Assembly (NCBI RefSeq): GCF_001194135.2
Contig: NC_068984.1
Coordinates: 4,032,192 to 4,096,191, forward strand
Length of the DNA stretch: 64,000 nucleotides
From: Octopus bimaculoides
Taxonomy: Eukaryota
Reading direction: 5' to 3'
Shown here: piece after piece, positions 1 to 13,039 of the stretch
Numbering within the stretch: the stretch's first letter is position 1
How the letters are laid out: each line of letters starts with the position of its first letter
Program-made: the position numbers and the translations under genes
Notes under the pieces: model-generated
What the model was told of the DNA's origin: nothing
The model's database searches: none
What the model saw: the letters and a program-made list of their open reading frames with translations, nothing else

Positions 1-99
1 GATTTTTTATATTTTTATATCAATTTTTTTCTCTTTGGTGCCATTTGTTGTTAATGCTAAAATTGTTATGAGATAGTTACTAAATACTTTTTATAAATT

Positions 100-1690
100 T
101 ACATTTGTCTTTTCCATGCTTAGTATGAATCTTCAGCATAGCATCTCATCACACATTATTGGTACTTTGTGGTTACCTTGCTGAAGTCTAACTTCCTGAG
201 ATCACCTTTCACCACTTCTCATTTGCTTCATTCCTCTTGGATCACCAGGCACTTATTTACCCAGTTGCCATCTTCCATTTCCATATCTGTACAGTCTTTT
301 CTTCTGCAGATTACAACTGATTTTTATAACAAGTTTTCTTCTCAGTTAATTTATTCTCCACTAATATTAAACATCTAGTGAAGCCTGCTCATTTCATTCT
401 TTCTTTTGCCTTCACACATCCTCCCTAATCAAAGTACATGTTTTACTGCCATTCTGTATTGCACTACATTCACAGCACCATACAATCTACCTTTCATAGC
501 CTCAGAACTTTTCCATCTCCCATATTAATTTGAACTACTATATACCCACCTTCACTGCTAATTATCATCCATAAGAAAAGTTATTAACTTTGTTTTCTGA
601 GCCCTCCAAATATTTGAAGGAATTTATTTTTTAGGAACACTTACTATTAATCTTGTACATACTTCTCACATGCAAAATCCTTCTTCTCTGCTGGCCTATT
701 TGTGTATACCACTGCAGCTCTTGTGTAGCCACAGTTTACACTGGTTATACAATATGGAATTCCACCAGATTCCTTTCCTACATATCAAGTATGGTCATTC
801 ATATCACCAGAGTCTTGACTTATTTCCTGCTAAGGTTTTTTTGTCTGACATTTGCATTCGACATTTTAACATTTGGATTTTCTTCTCTAAATGTTTGATA
901 AATCCAGCTATAGGAACTATGATATTGGCATACAGACATTCCCATAAATAGCCAGTCCTAAATTTATTTGCTTTGGCCTAGAGAATTATACTAAACAGGA
1001 AAAGGTAGACAAAGCTCTGATGGACAACTACCTGCACACAGTGCTAACTCTCACCTTGCTGTCAACGTCTCTGTAGGCTTGCATACTTTTCACAAGTCAT
1101 TCATGTACATCCAAGTCTCTTAGCAACTACCAGACTACAGAGTGTAGTACCCAGGTCAACAAATGCTAGATACAGTGGTATGGTCTTTGCTAAGATGTTG
1201 CCTCATATATAAAGAGAGTGTCAGAGAAACTCTGACTTAATACAAACCTGCATCTCATCTCCCCTCATTTTATTCTAAATTAATTGTGCTGTAACTGTTT
1301 TTAATGCAATTATATCTTGGTCCATCTTCTGTTGTTACTATTTTCTAGAATATCTTCTTTATCCTTGTAGCAGTAGATACACTGCTATGCCAGTCATTAA
1401 GAAGGACTCTTTTCAAGAACTACCTGAGTGACAAATCTTTGACCTAGTTTGCCAGACACTTTCAGTATCTCAGCAACTACCCTTGATGGTGCAGCTGCAT
1501 TCAATGCCATTTCACTTATATACAACTGTAAATTTCAGAAGCCAGTGTTCCTGTTGGGCTTATTTGTGTCTCACACATTCTTTTCATTTAACAATCTCTC
1601 ATAAGGATATTTCATGGGTAAATTCGTTGGAGATTCTCATGTCTTGGATAATGGAGAATGTGGAATTGTTATTAGCTTCATAAACTATTC
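100..1690 (-). mobile_element. Decayed RTE-clade LINE, reverse transcriptase region
   Basis: Minus-strand translation with stops and frameshifts gives VQVVVHQSFVYLFLFSIIL*AKANKFRTGYLWECLYANIIV (RT HQGSVLSP...LLYADD region), NSILYNQCKLWLHKSCSGI and MKGRLY. Boundaries approximate. Confidence 0.8.
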
Positions 1691-3449
1691 TACTTGGAGA
1701 AGTTAACCAGAAATTCAACTAAAGACATGTAACCAACATTAGTAACTTTCAGAATTATTGACAGAAGACATTTCTTCACAGTGGCTATGAATTATTAAAC
1801 AGATAATCTTCAAGTTAGACCTTTCCTAACAAACCAAATTGAGGTTTTATGCCTGAAAGCCAAGCAAATTTAAATACGTAAATAGATGCAGTTGAAATTG
1901 TTTTTGAATAAACTTTTACAAAAATATCTCACCAAATAAGTAAAATATTTTTATAATTGAAATTTGATAGCAAGCCTACTTAGCATTGGAAATATTGTGT
2001 GATCACAGCATTAAAATAGGCTGTAGATCAAGGGTGGGAAAAACCATTGCTTGCACGCAAAATTTTGTCAGCATTCACATTCAAAAGCACCCCCCTACCC
2101 GATAAAGTCTCTAAGAACAATAATTTAAGACTTAACACCAAGACATATTTATGAATTTGTATAATTAAAGATTTATTATTTTCCTCAGCACAGATGCACT
2201 CCCACCAGGTTCTTATGTACTTGTCTAACATGCTCCTAGTACTAAAGACATACCCTCTCACCTTCACCAAATGGTTTAGATGAACAATAACTTGAGAGAT
2301 TTAAGTAACACTATATATTATTATAATCATTTCAAAGTCAGGAATATTAAATTAACTATCACACAATAAATAAAGGAGACTGAATCAAGCTGAAATGGTA
2401 CACAAATATTCGTATTAGCATAAGGCAAAATAGAATATTTATAAAAGAAAACCATGAGATGGAGAAATTTTGCCTTAAAAAATAGTCGAGAAAAGGATTT
2501 ATTTGACTAATGTTTGGGAAATTGTTTTGTGATTGTTTATTAGCATATATTTAATACAATTAAATATATGCTACCATTAATCAGTTCAGATATAGTTATA
2601 TAGTATAATGTATATATATATTTTTTTTTCTTTATTTTAGTGTTATTACAAACTGTACACTTCTAGGAAGCTTAATAGTTCAGTCAACACAGCACTCACT
2701 GATTGACAGCCATAGTGAAATAATAGCAATTAAGTTAGGTCTAATACTTACATGTATCATCATCATTATTATTATTATTATTATTATTATCATCAACAAA
2801 TGTTTATGAAAGACATAAAAATGTAACACTGAAGTTGTTTGTATATTTTTTAACTTCATCTCAGACAGATAAACAAGGAATTACAGTGTAAGCAATTGGC
2901 AGGTTATGTATGTATCCATCTGACAAGATGATTGGAAAGAATTATTTACTGCTTTTAATGATATCATTGACTTGTTTGTATTGGTAACAGAAAATATATA
3001 ATAGTGTCTTAATGTACAATTAAACACATTTTCATAATACCATAGACATATTTTTATTGAACAATATTCACTTCTATGTTAGCATTTTCACCATTCAGTT
3101 AGAAACAAACATTAAGCCATTAAAAATTCATATATTGAAGTTTGCTTGAGCATCACTCAGTGTTATCAATTGTTGCCTTCATTTTCTTTTTATGGAGAAA
3201 AAAAAAACGAAATCTAATGTGTTATTATTTTGAAGTAAAAAATGATTTTATTAACTTTAATTCTTCCCTCCTCTTACACACTGTCCTTAATCACTGTTTC
3301 TCTTACCATTCTTCCGTCTTTCTCTCTCTCAGACTAATTCATCTTAAGCAATCCACCCTACACCTGTGGGCCATGTTGCACTGAATAAACAAACAACAAA
3401 GTAGTGAAAACTCCTTTTGTGTAGAGCAAAATACAAAGCAACCTCACAA

Positions 3450-3722
3450 GTGCTGGTACCACAATGAAATGCACTGAGTAAAGTAGTTGATGAATAAGTG
3501 GATACATAAAGTCAAGAGGACATGACACCTTCTTCAGTGCTTCTGCCCTGAGTAGATTCTGTGAAGTTGTTGGTATTAGGAAGGCATTCCCAGACATAGA
3601 AACTATGCTGAAAACTCAATAGACAAGGGTGACTCATCTAGGAGAGCAGTAACTCAAAATAAGAACTGATCTGGACCATTCTGGCATGACACATGAAAAG
3701 AAGACATAATGATACTGATGGG
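3450..3722 (+). mobile_element. Highly degenerate RTE 3' tail
   Basis: Remnant ttggtattaggaaggcattcc...tagaaac motif ending in a gat-type tail. Confidence 0.45.
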
Positions 3723-5486
3723 TTGAAATATATATAACTATATTAACAGTTATTTAGAAATCAATACAATTTGCATTATTTAGACCCTAACAAATCTAGT
3801 CATCCCTAAAAATGGATTTTATTTTTCTTTTCTAGAAAATTAGGAAACACTAAGCTTTTTCTCTCACTAATTGTTCTCTCAATTACCCACTATGATCAGT
3901 TCACATCCATCCCCATGAAAGCAAACTTGGTACAGAAAAAAGAACAGACTTATTACACCTTTATAATCCTGTTATGAGGTTTCTTTGCTTTACTATATGA
4001 ACATTTAAAAAACAAGAAATATTCCTATATGCTGTAAAAGAAATGTTTGAAATGGTTAACATTAGGGAAATACTAAAGATTGTGATCCTGTATATCCAAA
4101 CATCAACTGTTTACATGTATAGTTTACTTCTCAATTCCATTCACAGCTTATACAAAGAATTGAAAAATTATTTGTCTAATTATTAAAAAAGAAAGTTTTA
4201 AAGTCAACTACCCAGACATTAAGACAGTAAAGTAGGGATTCTCTATGGAATCAATGATGTTTCCATGTTAGCATGTGTTGAAGAAAACCTTCAAAAAATT
4301 CAATACAAAAATTTGATTGTTGGCAAGAATGAGAAATTACAATAAGAATTAAATTTCGTTTCATTTTAGTTTTATTTAAGTATTTATTTCATCTTTCTAA
4401 TTGTTTTTCTTTTCAATAAATGCAAGATGGATAAATTTTGTTCTGATTTTATTTCAAATTTAAGTTTCAACAATCGTGTGTCAAGTTACAAAAAATAAAG
4501 CAGAAAATATTTTTATTCTTTTTAATACATAATTTTTTAGCTTTCAGTTAATTTTTCAATTAAAAATATTAAAAGAAAATAACTCTTCAGGTTGGTCTTA
4601 CCACCAGCAATGGTATCTGCGAGTACCCTAAGTACAATAACATTGCCATCATATCACAGAAGATAGGCAAATAAGTTGGTTCGTTCATTTAATTAATATT
4701 CTTGACACATCTTACAGGAGAAAATTGCTACATTATTTCACATTAAGTCTCTAATATTTACGCTTGTTCAATTCTCTGTCCAGCTTCAGAAATATTTTAT
4801 ACAACAAATGTAATTTGCAGCCATACTCTAAATATATAGTAATGGTGGCTGCATTTGACTTTTCAAGCCTTCATTTAGGTTTCTTAAGTAAAAAATCTAA
4901 GTATTTCCCTTAATGTAAAAGACAGTATTTCCTCTTTAAACTTAACAGCCAGTAATATCAAGTAAATGAAACAATGAAATATAAAGAAATAAGAAGAAAA
5001 GGATCATTTAGAAACTTAATCAGACATTAGACTAATAATTCTAAGAATGATGCTATAAATACATTTTTCTTCTTTTCTTGTAAACACTGTCAACTATAAT
5101 ACAAAATAATTCTTTAAACTTCTAGAGATTAATTTCAAGATACAAGTTGAAATTGTGAGTGAATGAATGTACATGTGATAGCCAATGTGTGTAGGTATGC
5201 CTCCACATGATACATATTTGATTTACATACACACATGTTTTACTTTAGAGTGTATATATCTATATAACCAAGCCATTCATTAAACCCATACAGTTTCTTG
5301 CATGTATCCAAGTAAATATCTGCTATTTTCAATGGATATAAAACAGTAAAACTGACAAAGCATTGTCTTACACGATCTGTTAAGTCAACAAGATTTTAAC
5401 AGCTAGTCAGTGAGAAAGTTGATATTTTTTTATGGCAGATATTTTTGCATTTATCTATGGTTAGATATTCATTCTGATTTTAGAGT

Positions 5487-5652
5487 GAGCATATGTGCTG
5501 AGTGGTTGGTGTTAGGAAGGGCATCCAGCTGTAAAAATCCTGCTAAAACAGTCACAGAAGTCCGATGCAGGCTTCGGCCTGGTTGGCTCTTGTGGTACCA
5601 TCCTACCCATGCTAGCACAGAACACAGATGCTAAATGATGAAGATGATGACA
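5487..5652 (+). mobile_element. RTE 3' tail copy
   Basis: gagtggttggtgttaggaagggcatccagctgt...acccatgctagca...taaatgatgaagatgatg. Confidence 0.8.
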
Positions 5653-5972
5653 TATACATATGTGAGTATGTGTGAAATATATATTACACCATATGCTGTT
5701 CTATAAAAGAAAAAACTCACACAATATGTAATTATAAAAAAATTATATGCAATTCATTTATGCTTTGCATTTTATTAAGTTTGGTATGTTAATAAACAAA
5801 AACATCAGGATTATTAAGTTTTCTTTTCAGAATCACAGTAAAATGTCAACTAGCTAATTTAGAACATTTCAAAGTTTATTCAAGTCATGTCTTTTTTTTA
5901 TTGGTCTAAATGCTTTCTATTAGTATTCATATAAATATGGCGATGTCAGTATCAACAGATATGAATACATTT

Positions 5973-7490
5973 CATCATCATTTAACATCCGTGTTCCAAG
6001 CTGGTATGGTTGGGGCAGTTTGAAAGGACCCAACATGTCTAAGGACTGCATCATGCAACAACATCTGTTTTGGCATAGTTTCTATGGCTGGATGCCCTTC
6101 CTAATGCCAACCACTTTACAGTGTAGACTGGTGTTTTTTCCGTGCCACCTGCACTATTGAGATCACCATGCAGCTCACAGAACTACACACCTTGGTTGGG
6201 TGTCAGCTTCATGCTAGTAGACAGGAGATTGAACAACGAGAAGGAGAGATAGTGCAGGTTCTAGTAGAAGATTACATTTTGTAGGAGAAGGAGAGAGAAA
6301 GAGAAAATGAACAGAAGGAGCTGCAAGAGATTTACAGTGGTGGTGAAGTGCCTAGATGGCCCCTCAAGGCACAAGATAAGTTGAAGAACCGGTTTGCACA
6401 ATTAAACGGGGAGGAGAATGAGGGGATGGGCTGAGTTATAGGGCAAATGAGCGAAGAGCAATGAGTTGAAGGAGAGAGAGGGATGTAGAAGAGGTGGGGA
6501 AGGAGTAGTAAAGATATAGTTGTTGGTGGGGAAGGACAAAAGAAAAGGGATGACATGGATGGATAGTCTGCAGGAGCTATGGAGTCGGGAATAGTGTAAT
6601 TAGGAACATAGGTAGAGAGCACAATGCGTAACACTTCTAGAACTGACAAGAATACGTATTTTCAAGAATCTCATATCACCAGAGATTCCAGTCCTTTGTC
6701 ATCTCCCTCACCAGGCTCAAGGTCCTAAGGTCAGCCTTAACCACTTCATCCTGTGTTTTCCTGAGTTTCCTTCCACAAGTTCTAACCATATTTAGTGAAA
6801 GACATTTCTTTATACAGCTGCCTTCATCCATACACATCGCATGTCTATACCAGTGCAGGCTTCTTTCTTACACAAAACAACTGATTCCTCTAATACTCAG
6901 CACCACCGTACTAATTATTTCATGCACATTTACACTGCACGTCCAGCAGAGCATGCTAGCTTCATTTCTTATGTCATCTGCATTCAAGGCCCATGTCTGA
7001 CTATCATGCAGCATTGCAGTTCTAACACAAGCATCATACAACCTGCCCTTCACTCTCAAAAAAGATCTTTGTTGTCATCAGGGTCAGTAGCTTCTTGAAC
7101 TTGTTCCAACCAGTTCTCACTGTACTTTCAGAGCAGCCACCTCCATTGCTAAGTATATTTAGGTAACAAAAGCTTTCAACTACTGCAAGTGAGCTATTTG
7201 GGAATTTAAGAGACTCAGTTTCGAATGTGCTCAAATGAACTACCCCAGTGCCTACGGCATATGATGCTTACATTTTCAGATAATCTGCTAGTGATTCCCC
7301 TACATCTTTTGCATGTCCATTGCTTATATCAAATATGGTGTATGGTATTTATACATACCAAGCAAAGGTCATTCCCCACCAATGGTACCAAGATCCTGCC
7401 TTCTTTCCTACTTACAAAAATCTTCACTTTGTCTTTGCTAGGTTTACCTTAAGGTTAAGCTTCCATACCTGGAATTTCTTCTCTAATTAA
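5973..7490 (-). mobile_element. 5'-truncated old RTE LINE (ORF C-terminus plus long 3' UTR)
   Basis: Track ORFs 7034-7234 (LAVVESFCYL..GGGCSES.VRTGWNKF) and 6868-7059 (VKGRLYDACVRTAMLHDSQTWAL..RNEASML) are RTE C-terminal motifs. They continue to CIKKCLSL..CGRKLRKTQDEVVKADLRTL, and the (CAT)n tail is at 5973. Confidence 0.88.
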
Positions 7491-8105
7491 ATTAGGAGCA
7501 AAACAGCAAGTCAAAAACAATGAATTGTGTAATTATTCTTAACACACTCCAGCAAACTTATTGTTTTTTTCTTGTCAGATTTTGTCTTTAAAGAACCACT
7601 TCTCTAGACAATGTGTGTTGACAACAGATATGCATAAGTAATGTAGCAGACTGTCAGACAGCCAGTGTTTTGGCATGAGTGTAGCACCTTGGTAAGAGAC
7701 ACTGCCTGGACCTAATCACAAAATATTGCGCCCATCTATAGAATTCAGCAAACAATATATTTGCTGATGAGTGCTGAGGGCTGCCAAGATGATATTCAAT
7801 TATTATTATGAACACATAAAACAACAACAACCAAAACAATATCTGAATCTTTCAAATTTACAAATGTAATGCCAACAAGTAGACCCATTCAATAATTCCA
7901 TCGATGTTTTTGGTAATAATTAACCACAATGAATGAGAAGAAGAAAAAAGACTCTAGCACAATATTTATTTTTTTAATAGTAACAGCAATATTTTATTGA
8001 TGAAAACAGACTATTTGTGCAAGAAAAAAAGACTCGCTAGTGAGAGTTGCAAGAACTGATATGGTTGACCATAATCCAAATATTGAGTGGCTGAGTGTAT
8101 GATGT

Positions 8106-8480
8106 GTATCTTCTATCTTTTACTTGTTTCAGTCATTAGACTGAGGTCATGCTGGGGCATCGGCTTGAGAAATTTTAGTCAAATGAATCAACCCAAGTAC
8201 TTTTTTTTTAAAGCCTGGTATTTATTCTATCAGTTCTTTTGCCACAATGCTAAGTTACAGGGACATAAACAAACCAACACTAGTTGTCAAGTGGTGGGGG
8301 TGGGGACAAACACAAATATATATACAACAGGCTTCTTTCAGTTTCTGCATACCAAATCCATTCGAAAGGATTTGGTCAGCCCAAGGCTATAGTAGAAGAT
8401 ACTTGCTCAAGGTGTCATGCAGTAGGACTAAACCCAGAACCAAGTGGTGTGGAAGCAAACTTCTTACCACACAGAGAAGA
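8106..8480 (-). mobile_element. tRNA-derived CORE-type SINE (octopus OR1-like)
   Basis: Homologous to the 12625-13044 copy: tRNA-like head, ccttgagcaagt CORE-like motif, aaaagata tail. Confidence 0.75.
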
Positions 8481-8529
8481 CATCCTCATCCAGTATCAAA
8501 CTGATTCTGCCATGAAACACACAAGTTGA

Positions 8530-8725
8530 TAAGCCAACGTGACACCCTAAGTAGTAGTTACTAGACCTGCTAGAAATAACAGCCAAATTTCCCTCAAATT
8601 ACATACCATACAGCTTTCTCCAAAAAATAAGAAAACATTGGATAATGCAGTCCTGAATATACTATGCATGGAAAAGCCAAACAACAGGATGGTCATGGCT
8701 GAAATATTTTTGATCAAGGCTGACA
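8530..8725 (+). repeat. Unclassified dispersed repeat (family X)
   Basis: gaaata(a/g)cagccaaat...cattggataat...gatggtcatg also seen near 19150-19330, 21470-21620, 39690-39880, 49020-49170 and 53590-53760. Confidence 0.65.
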
Positions 8726-8763
8726 AGAAGCTAAACAATAACCACCTTCAAACAGGGGTGTTT

Positions 8764-8797
<34 letters not shown>

Positions 8798-9196
8798 CCA
8801 TAGTTATCAGTGAAATTTTGTGAATAGCCACTTTATAAAGATTAGTTGACCTAACCAGGGTATTTGACAGAGTGAACTCTAAAGTTCTCTGATTTGACTG
8901 CAAAGAGAAGTTTGGCTCCTTCATAATGAAGTCAGTTTTACTGTCAAACCTGAGAATTCTTTAGGTTCTGTTGCTATTCTTTATTTTGGTATTGTCAATA
9001 TAACAGACTATGCCTACCTTGGAATACATATCCCAAAGAGAATAGGAAGAAAATTCTCATGGAGGATCCTTTGAATGCAAAAACATTTCTATCTCCATCG
9101 TCTGGAAACTCAGTTGATGGTAAATGGTCACGCTATACTAGAGTAGTGCTGTGCTATGCTATATTGGAATATTGAAGTATATGTATGAGTCAGTGG

Positions 9197-9203
<7 letters not shown>

Positions 9204-9241
<38 letters not shown>
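9204..9241. repeat. (GA)n microsatellite
   Basis: Pure GA run. Confidence 0.95.
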
Positions 9242-9244
<3 letters not shown>

Positions 9245-9997
9245 GACAGTGTGTGTGTGTAGACATACAGACACAAACACATGACTGAATTTAGATTCTA
9301 ATGCTTCTTAGAGATGAGTAAACTAAAACTGAATAGCAAATCTATATATCTATCTTTTAAAACAGCATTTTTGTACACACATACATACACACATATTGTA
9401 TGTATGTGTGTGTGTGTGTGTGTGTGTATGAACAATAAAAAGTGAGAGCCAAAAGGGAATCAAAGCTACACTTTCTTGATGTCTCAGTGTAATTAATGGA
9501 CCCTCCTCTTCTCATTTGGCTCTCATTTTTATTGGCTTTCATGCTGGCTTTGTTTAACATTGTGAAAACACACCATTCAGCTCTACTCTTTGCTTGCCAC
9601 TAAAAATAAATACAATCTAAATTCAATTGTTGATAGATTTTTTGGTTCTTTAAAAATGACCAAATGACTTCAGTGGAAGACGTCTACTTTCAGTGTCAGA
9701 GTTAAAATGTAAAGACTTCACAATTGAATCGATTGTTATACTGAAAAGCAGAATCACAATAAACGTGCATTTGTAAACATGCATGTCCAAAATTCAAGAT
9801 GATTACAGATATAGTGTGTAGAGGTATAAAGACCTTAGCATGACAGCTGATATTTGGCATTGAGACAACAAGGAAGGAGACATCACTTTCACTTACTCCC
9901 CTGGCTCCTATTTCTTTACTAGGTTTCACAGTGCATAGAAACATTCTACATACACACACACACACATACAAATCAATGTATACTTGCACACATTACA

Positions 9998-10190
9998 CAT
10001 CATCATCATTTAACATCCGTTTTCCATATTGGCATGGGTTGGACAGTAGAGGCAAGAGCTCTACAGGCTCTATTGTCCATTTTGGAATGGTTTCTATGGC
10101 TTGATGCCCTTCCTAATGCCAACCAGTTTAGAGTGTACGAGGTGGTTTTATGTTGCACCACCACTTACAGGGTCACCAAGTAACATGCAA
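9998..10190 (-). mobile_element. RTE 3' tail copy
   Basis: catcatcatcatttaacatccgtttt...gatgcccttcctaatgccaacc. Confidence 0.8.
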
Positions 10191-10319
10191 AAGAACTACA
10201 CACACAGAGCAAACGACTGGACAGGGATCAGGCCATAGAATATCTACCTCAACAAACTTCATGTTGGCATGGAAAAATGGATGTTAAATGATGGTGATGA
10301 GATACACATGTGGTGCAAA

Positions 10320-10480
10320 CATACTTGTGAGGTGAAAAACATCATTTCCCAACATCATGGTCTCAGGTTCAGCCTCATTACACAGCACCTTGGACAATAT
10401 CTTCAACTATAGCCCAGGGCCGACCAAAGCATTGTGAGTGGATTTGGCAGCTGGAAACTGAAAGAATTCAGCTGCTTATG
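10320..10480 (+). mobile_element. CORE-type SINE, 5' part
   Basis: ggttcagcctc...gcaccttggacaat...aactatagcccagggccgaccaaagc...ggaaactgaaagaa. Confidence 0.65.
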
Positions 10481-10842
10481 TGTATAAATCTGCTTGTTTC
10501 ATAGCTGTAAATGAGCATGACCATCCTACATGCAGTGTACTTTCTGCCAAATTTAACCCTCATGCCTTGAATAAAGGGACATATCTTTCAAGAACAGAAT
10601 TATTTCCCATTCATTTAAAACATTTCTCTTATATTCTCACTCTGCAGCCATATTATAATAGCCTGAATGATTGCTGGATCAAACATAGTATGTCTTGTGT
10701 ACACAGCCAAATAATATATTTTTTGCTTATGAAACATGAAGTAGCTCACCCATAATGTCTGTATTTATTAAATGCTATTTCACTCACACCAAACTGAGTA
10801 CTTTAGGTTTCTTGATCGTTCCATCCATAACAGAGTAGTACA

Positions 10843-11075
10843 TCATCATTGTTTAACATCCGCTTTCCATGCTGGCATTGGTTGTACAGTTTGGTTGAGA
10901 ACAGGCAAGCCAGGAGGCTGCACCAGGCTCCAATCTGATTTGGCAAGGTTTCTACAGCTGGATGCCCTTCCTAAAATCAACTACTCCAAGAGTGTAGTGG
11001 GTGCTTTTACATGCCACCGACACAGGAGCCAGTCAAGTGGCACTGGCATCAGCCATGCTCAAATGGTGCTTTTTA
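10843..11075 (-). mobile_element. RTE 3' tail with one 66-bp module
   Basis: Canonical tail plus ggtgcttttacatgccaccgacacaggagccagtc module. Confidence 0.85.
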
Positions 11076-11080
11076 CAATA

Positions 11081-11113
<33 letters not shown>

Positions 11114-11117
<4 letters not shown>

Positions 11118-12074
11118 TACCCGGTGCAAGCTATGGACACATAAGAGGTGCAGCAACATCAAAGGCAGGTTAACTAGCAAGTTAGTTTTTGTTTGTGGCA
11201 GATGTTCAGGTGCAATAAAGACTGTAAACAAACAGGAAACAACTTCTATCTCATTCCAGGGTGAAAAACTAGAGGTAGTCGATAGCTTCCGCTATCTGGG
11301 CGACCAAGTTAGTAGTGGGGGTGGGTGCGCTGAAAGTGTAGCCGCTAGAATAAGAATAGCCTGGGCNNNNNNNNNNNNNNNNNNNNNNNNNNNNNNNNNN
11401 NNNNNNNNNNNNNNNNNNNNNNNNNNNNNNNNNNNNNNNNNNNNNNNNNNNNNNNNNNNNNNNNNNNNNNNNNNNNNNNNNNNNNNNNNNNNNNNNNNNN
11501 NNNNNNNNNNNNNNNNNNNNNNNNNNNNNNNNNNNNNNNNNNNNNNNNNNNNNNNNNNNNNNNNNNNNNNNNNNNNNNNNNNNNNNNNNNNNNNNNNNNN
11601 NNNNNNNNNNNNNNNNNNNNNNNNNNNNNNNNNNNNNNNNNNNNNNNNNNNNNNNNNNNNNNNNNNNNNNNNNNNNNNNNNNNNNNNNNNNNNNNNNNNN
11701 NNNNNNNNNNNNNNNNNNNNNNNNNNNNNNNNNNNNNNNNNNNNNNNNNNNNNNNNNNNNNNNNNNNNNNNNNNNNNNNNNNNNNNNNNNNNNNNNNNNN
11801 NNNNNNNNNNNNNNNNNNNNNNNNNNNNNNNNNNNNNNNNNNNNNNNNNNNNNNNNNNNNNNNNNNNTCGAGCGTGGCCGTTTTCGTGCGGGTGACACGT
11901 AAAAGCACCCACTACACTCTCTGAGTGGTTGGCGTTAGGAAGGGCATCCAGCTGTAGAAACTCTGCCAAATCAGACTGGAGCCTGGTGTTGCCATCCGGT
12001 TTCACCAGTCCTCAGTCAAATCGTCCAACCCATGCTAGCATGGAAAGCGGACGTTAAACGATGATGATGATGAT
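11114..12074 (+). mobile_element. Young 5'-truncated RTE LINE spanning a gap
   Basis: Open frame from 11116: CTRCKLWTHKRCSNIKGRLTSKLVFVCGRCSGAIK...GEKLEVVDSFRYLGDQVSSGGGCAESVAARIRIAW. After the gap comes a 3' UTR ending in (GAT)n. The 5' end abuts (TA)n. Confidence 0.92.
11367..11867. other. Assembly gap (501 N)
   Basis: Run of N. Other gaps: 29304-29403, 30309-30318, 52512-52521. Confidence 1.
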
Positions 12075-12134
12075 ATGACTTGTCTTACACAGCAGAATTG
12101 TTAAGGCTGCTCCTCGAGGTGAGGAAGATTGGCC

Positions 12135-12368
12135 TGCAAGAGTCCTGTGCCAGTGCCAAGTAAAAGCACATGCGTAGTGCCACATTAGAAGCACCCACCA
12201 CACACTGTGAAATGATTGGCATCAGGAAGGGCATCCAGTCATAGAAACCAAGCCAAATCAGACTGGAGCCTGGTACAGCTCTCCACCGCCTGCCAGCTCC
12301 AGTCAAACCATCCAACCCATACCAGCATGGAAAATAGAAGTTAAAGTATGATGATGATGATGATGATG
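12135..12368 (+). mobile_element. RTE 3' tail copy
   Basis: aggaagggcatccag...aacccataccagcatggaaa...(gat)n, directly downstream of the previous copy. Confidence 0.85.
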
Positions 12369-12624
12369 ATTAGTTTTATTGATATTGAATGTTTAGTTAG
12401 TGACTTGATCAGCTCCGAAACGAATCACAGAGATGTGAACCTTGAGACTGGAAATAAACATTCAGTTTTAATAAGCTATACACTCTGTAACACACATTCA
12501 GCACACCTCTCACAAATGTTGACACGTTTAAATGTTTCATATATGTGTATATCACATGTATGTAAGATGTTTTATATATAAGGTACTTTACATATATATT
12601 TTATACACGTTTATATATATATCT

Positions 12625-13039
12625 TATTCTTTTATTCTTTTGCTAGTTTCAGTCATTTGACTGCAGCCATGCTGGAGCACCACCTTTAGTCGAGCAAATC
12701 GACCCCAGGACTTATTTTTTGTAAGCCTAGTACTTTTTCTATTAGTCTCTCGTAACTGCTAGGTTACGGGGACGTAAACACACCAGCATCAGTTGTCAAG
12801 CGATGTTGGGGGGACAAACACAAACACACTCACATATATATATACGACAGGCTTCTTTCAGTTTCTGCCTACCAAATCCACTCACAAGGGTTTGGTCAGC
12901 CCAAGGCTATAGTAGAAGACACTTGCCCAAGGTGCCACGCAGTGGGACTGAACCCGAAACTATGTGGTTGGTAAGCAAGCTACTTACCACACAGCCACTC
13001 CTGCACCTATGAGCTACTTACGACACAGCCACTCTTGCG

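Noticed and set aside
11269-12005. Long ORFs of 187-237 aa across the gap (also at 29098-29458 and 52153-52719)
   Set aside because: Their length comes from N runs, and the real bases are the antisense strand of the RTE 3' UTR.
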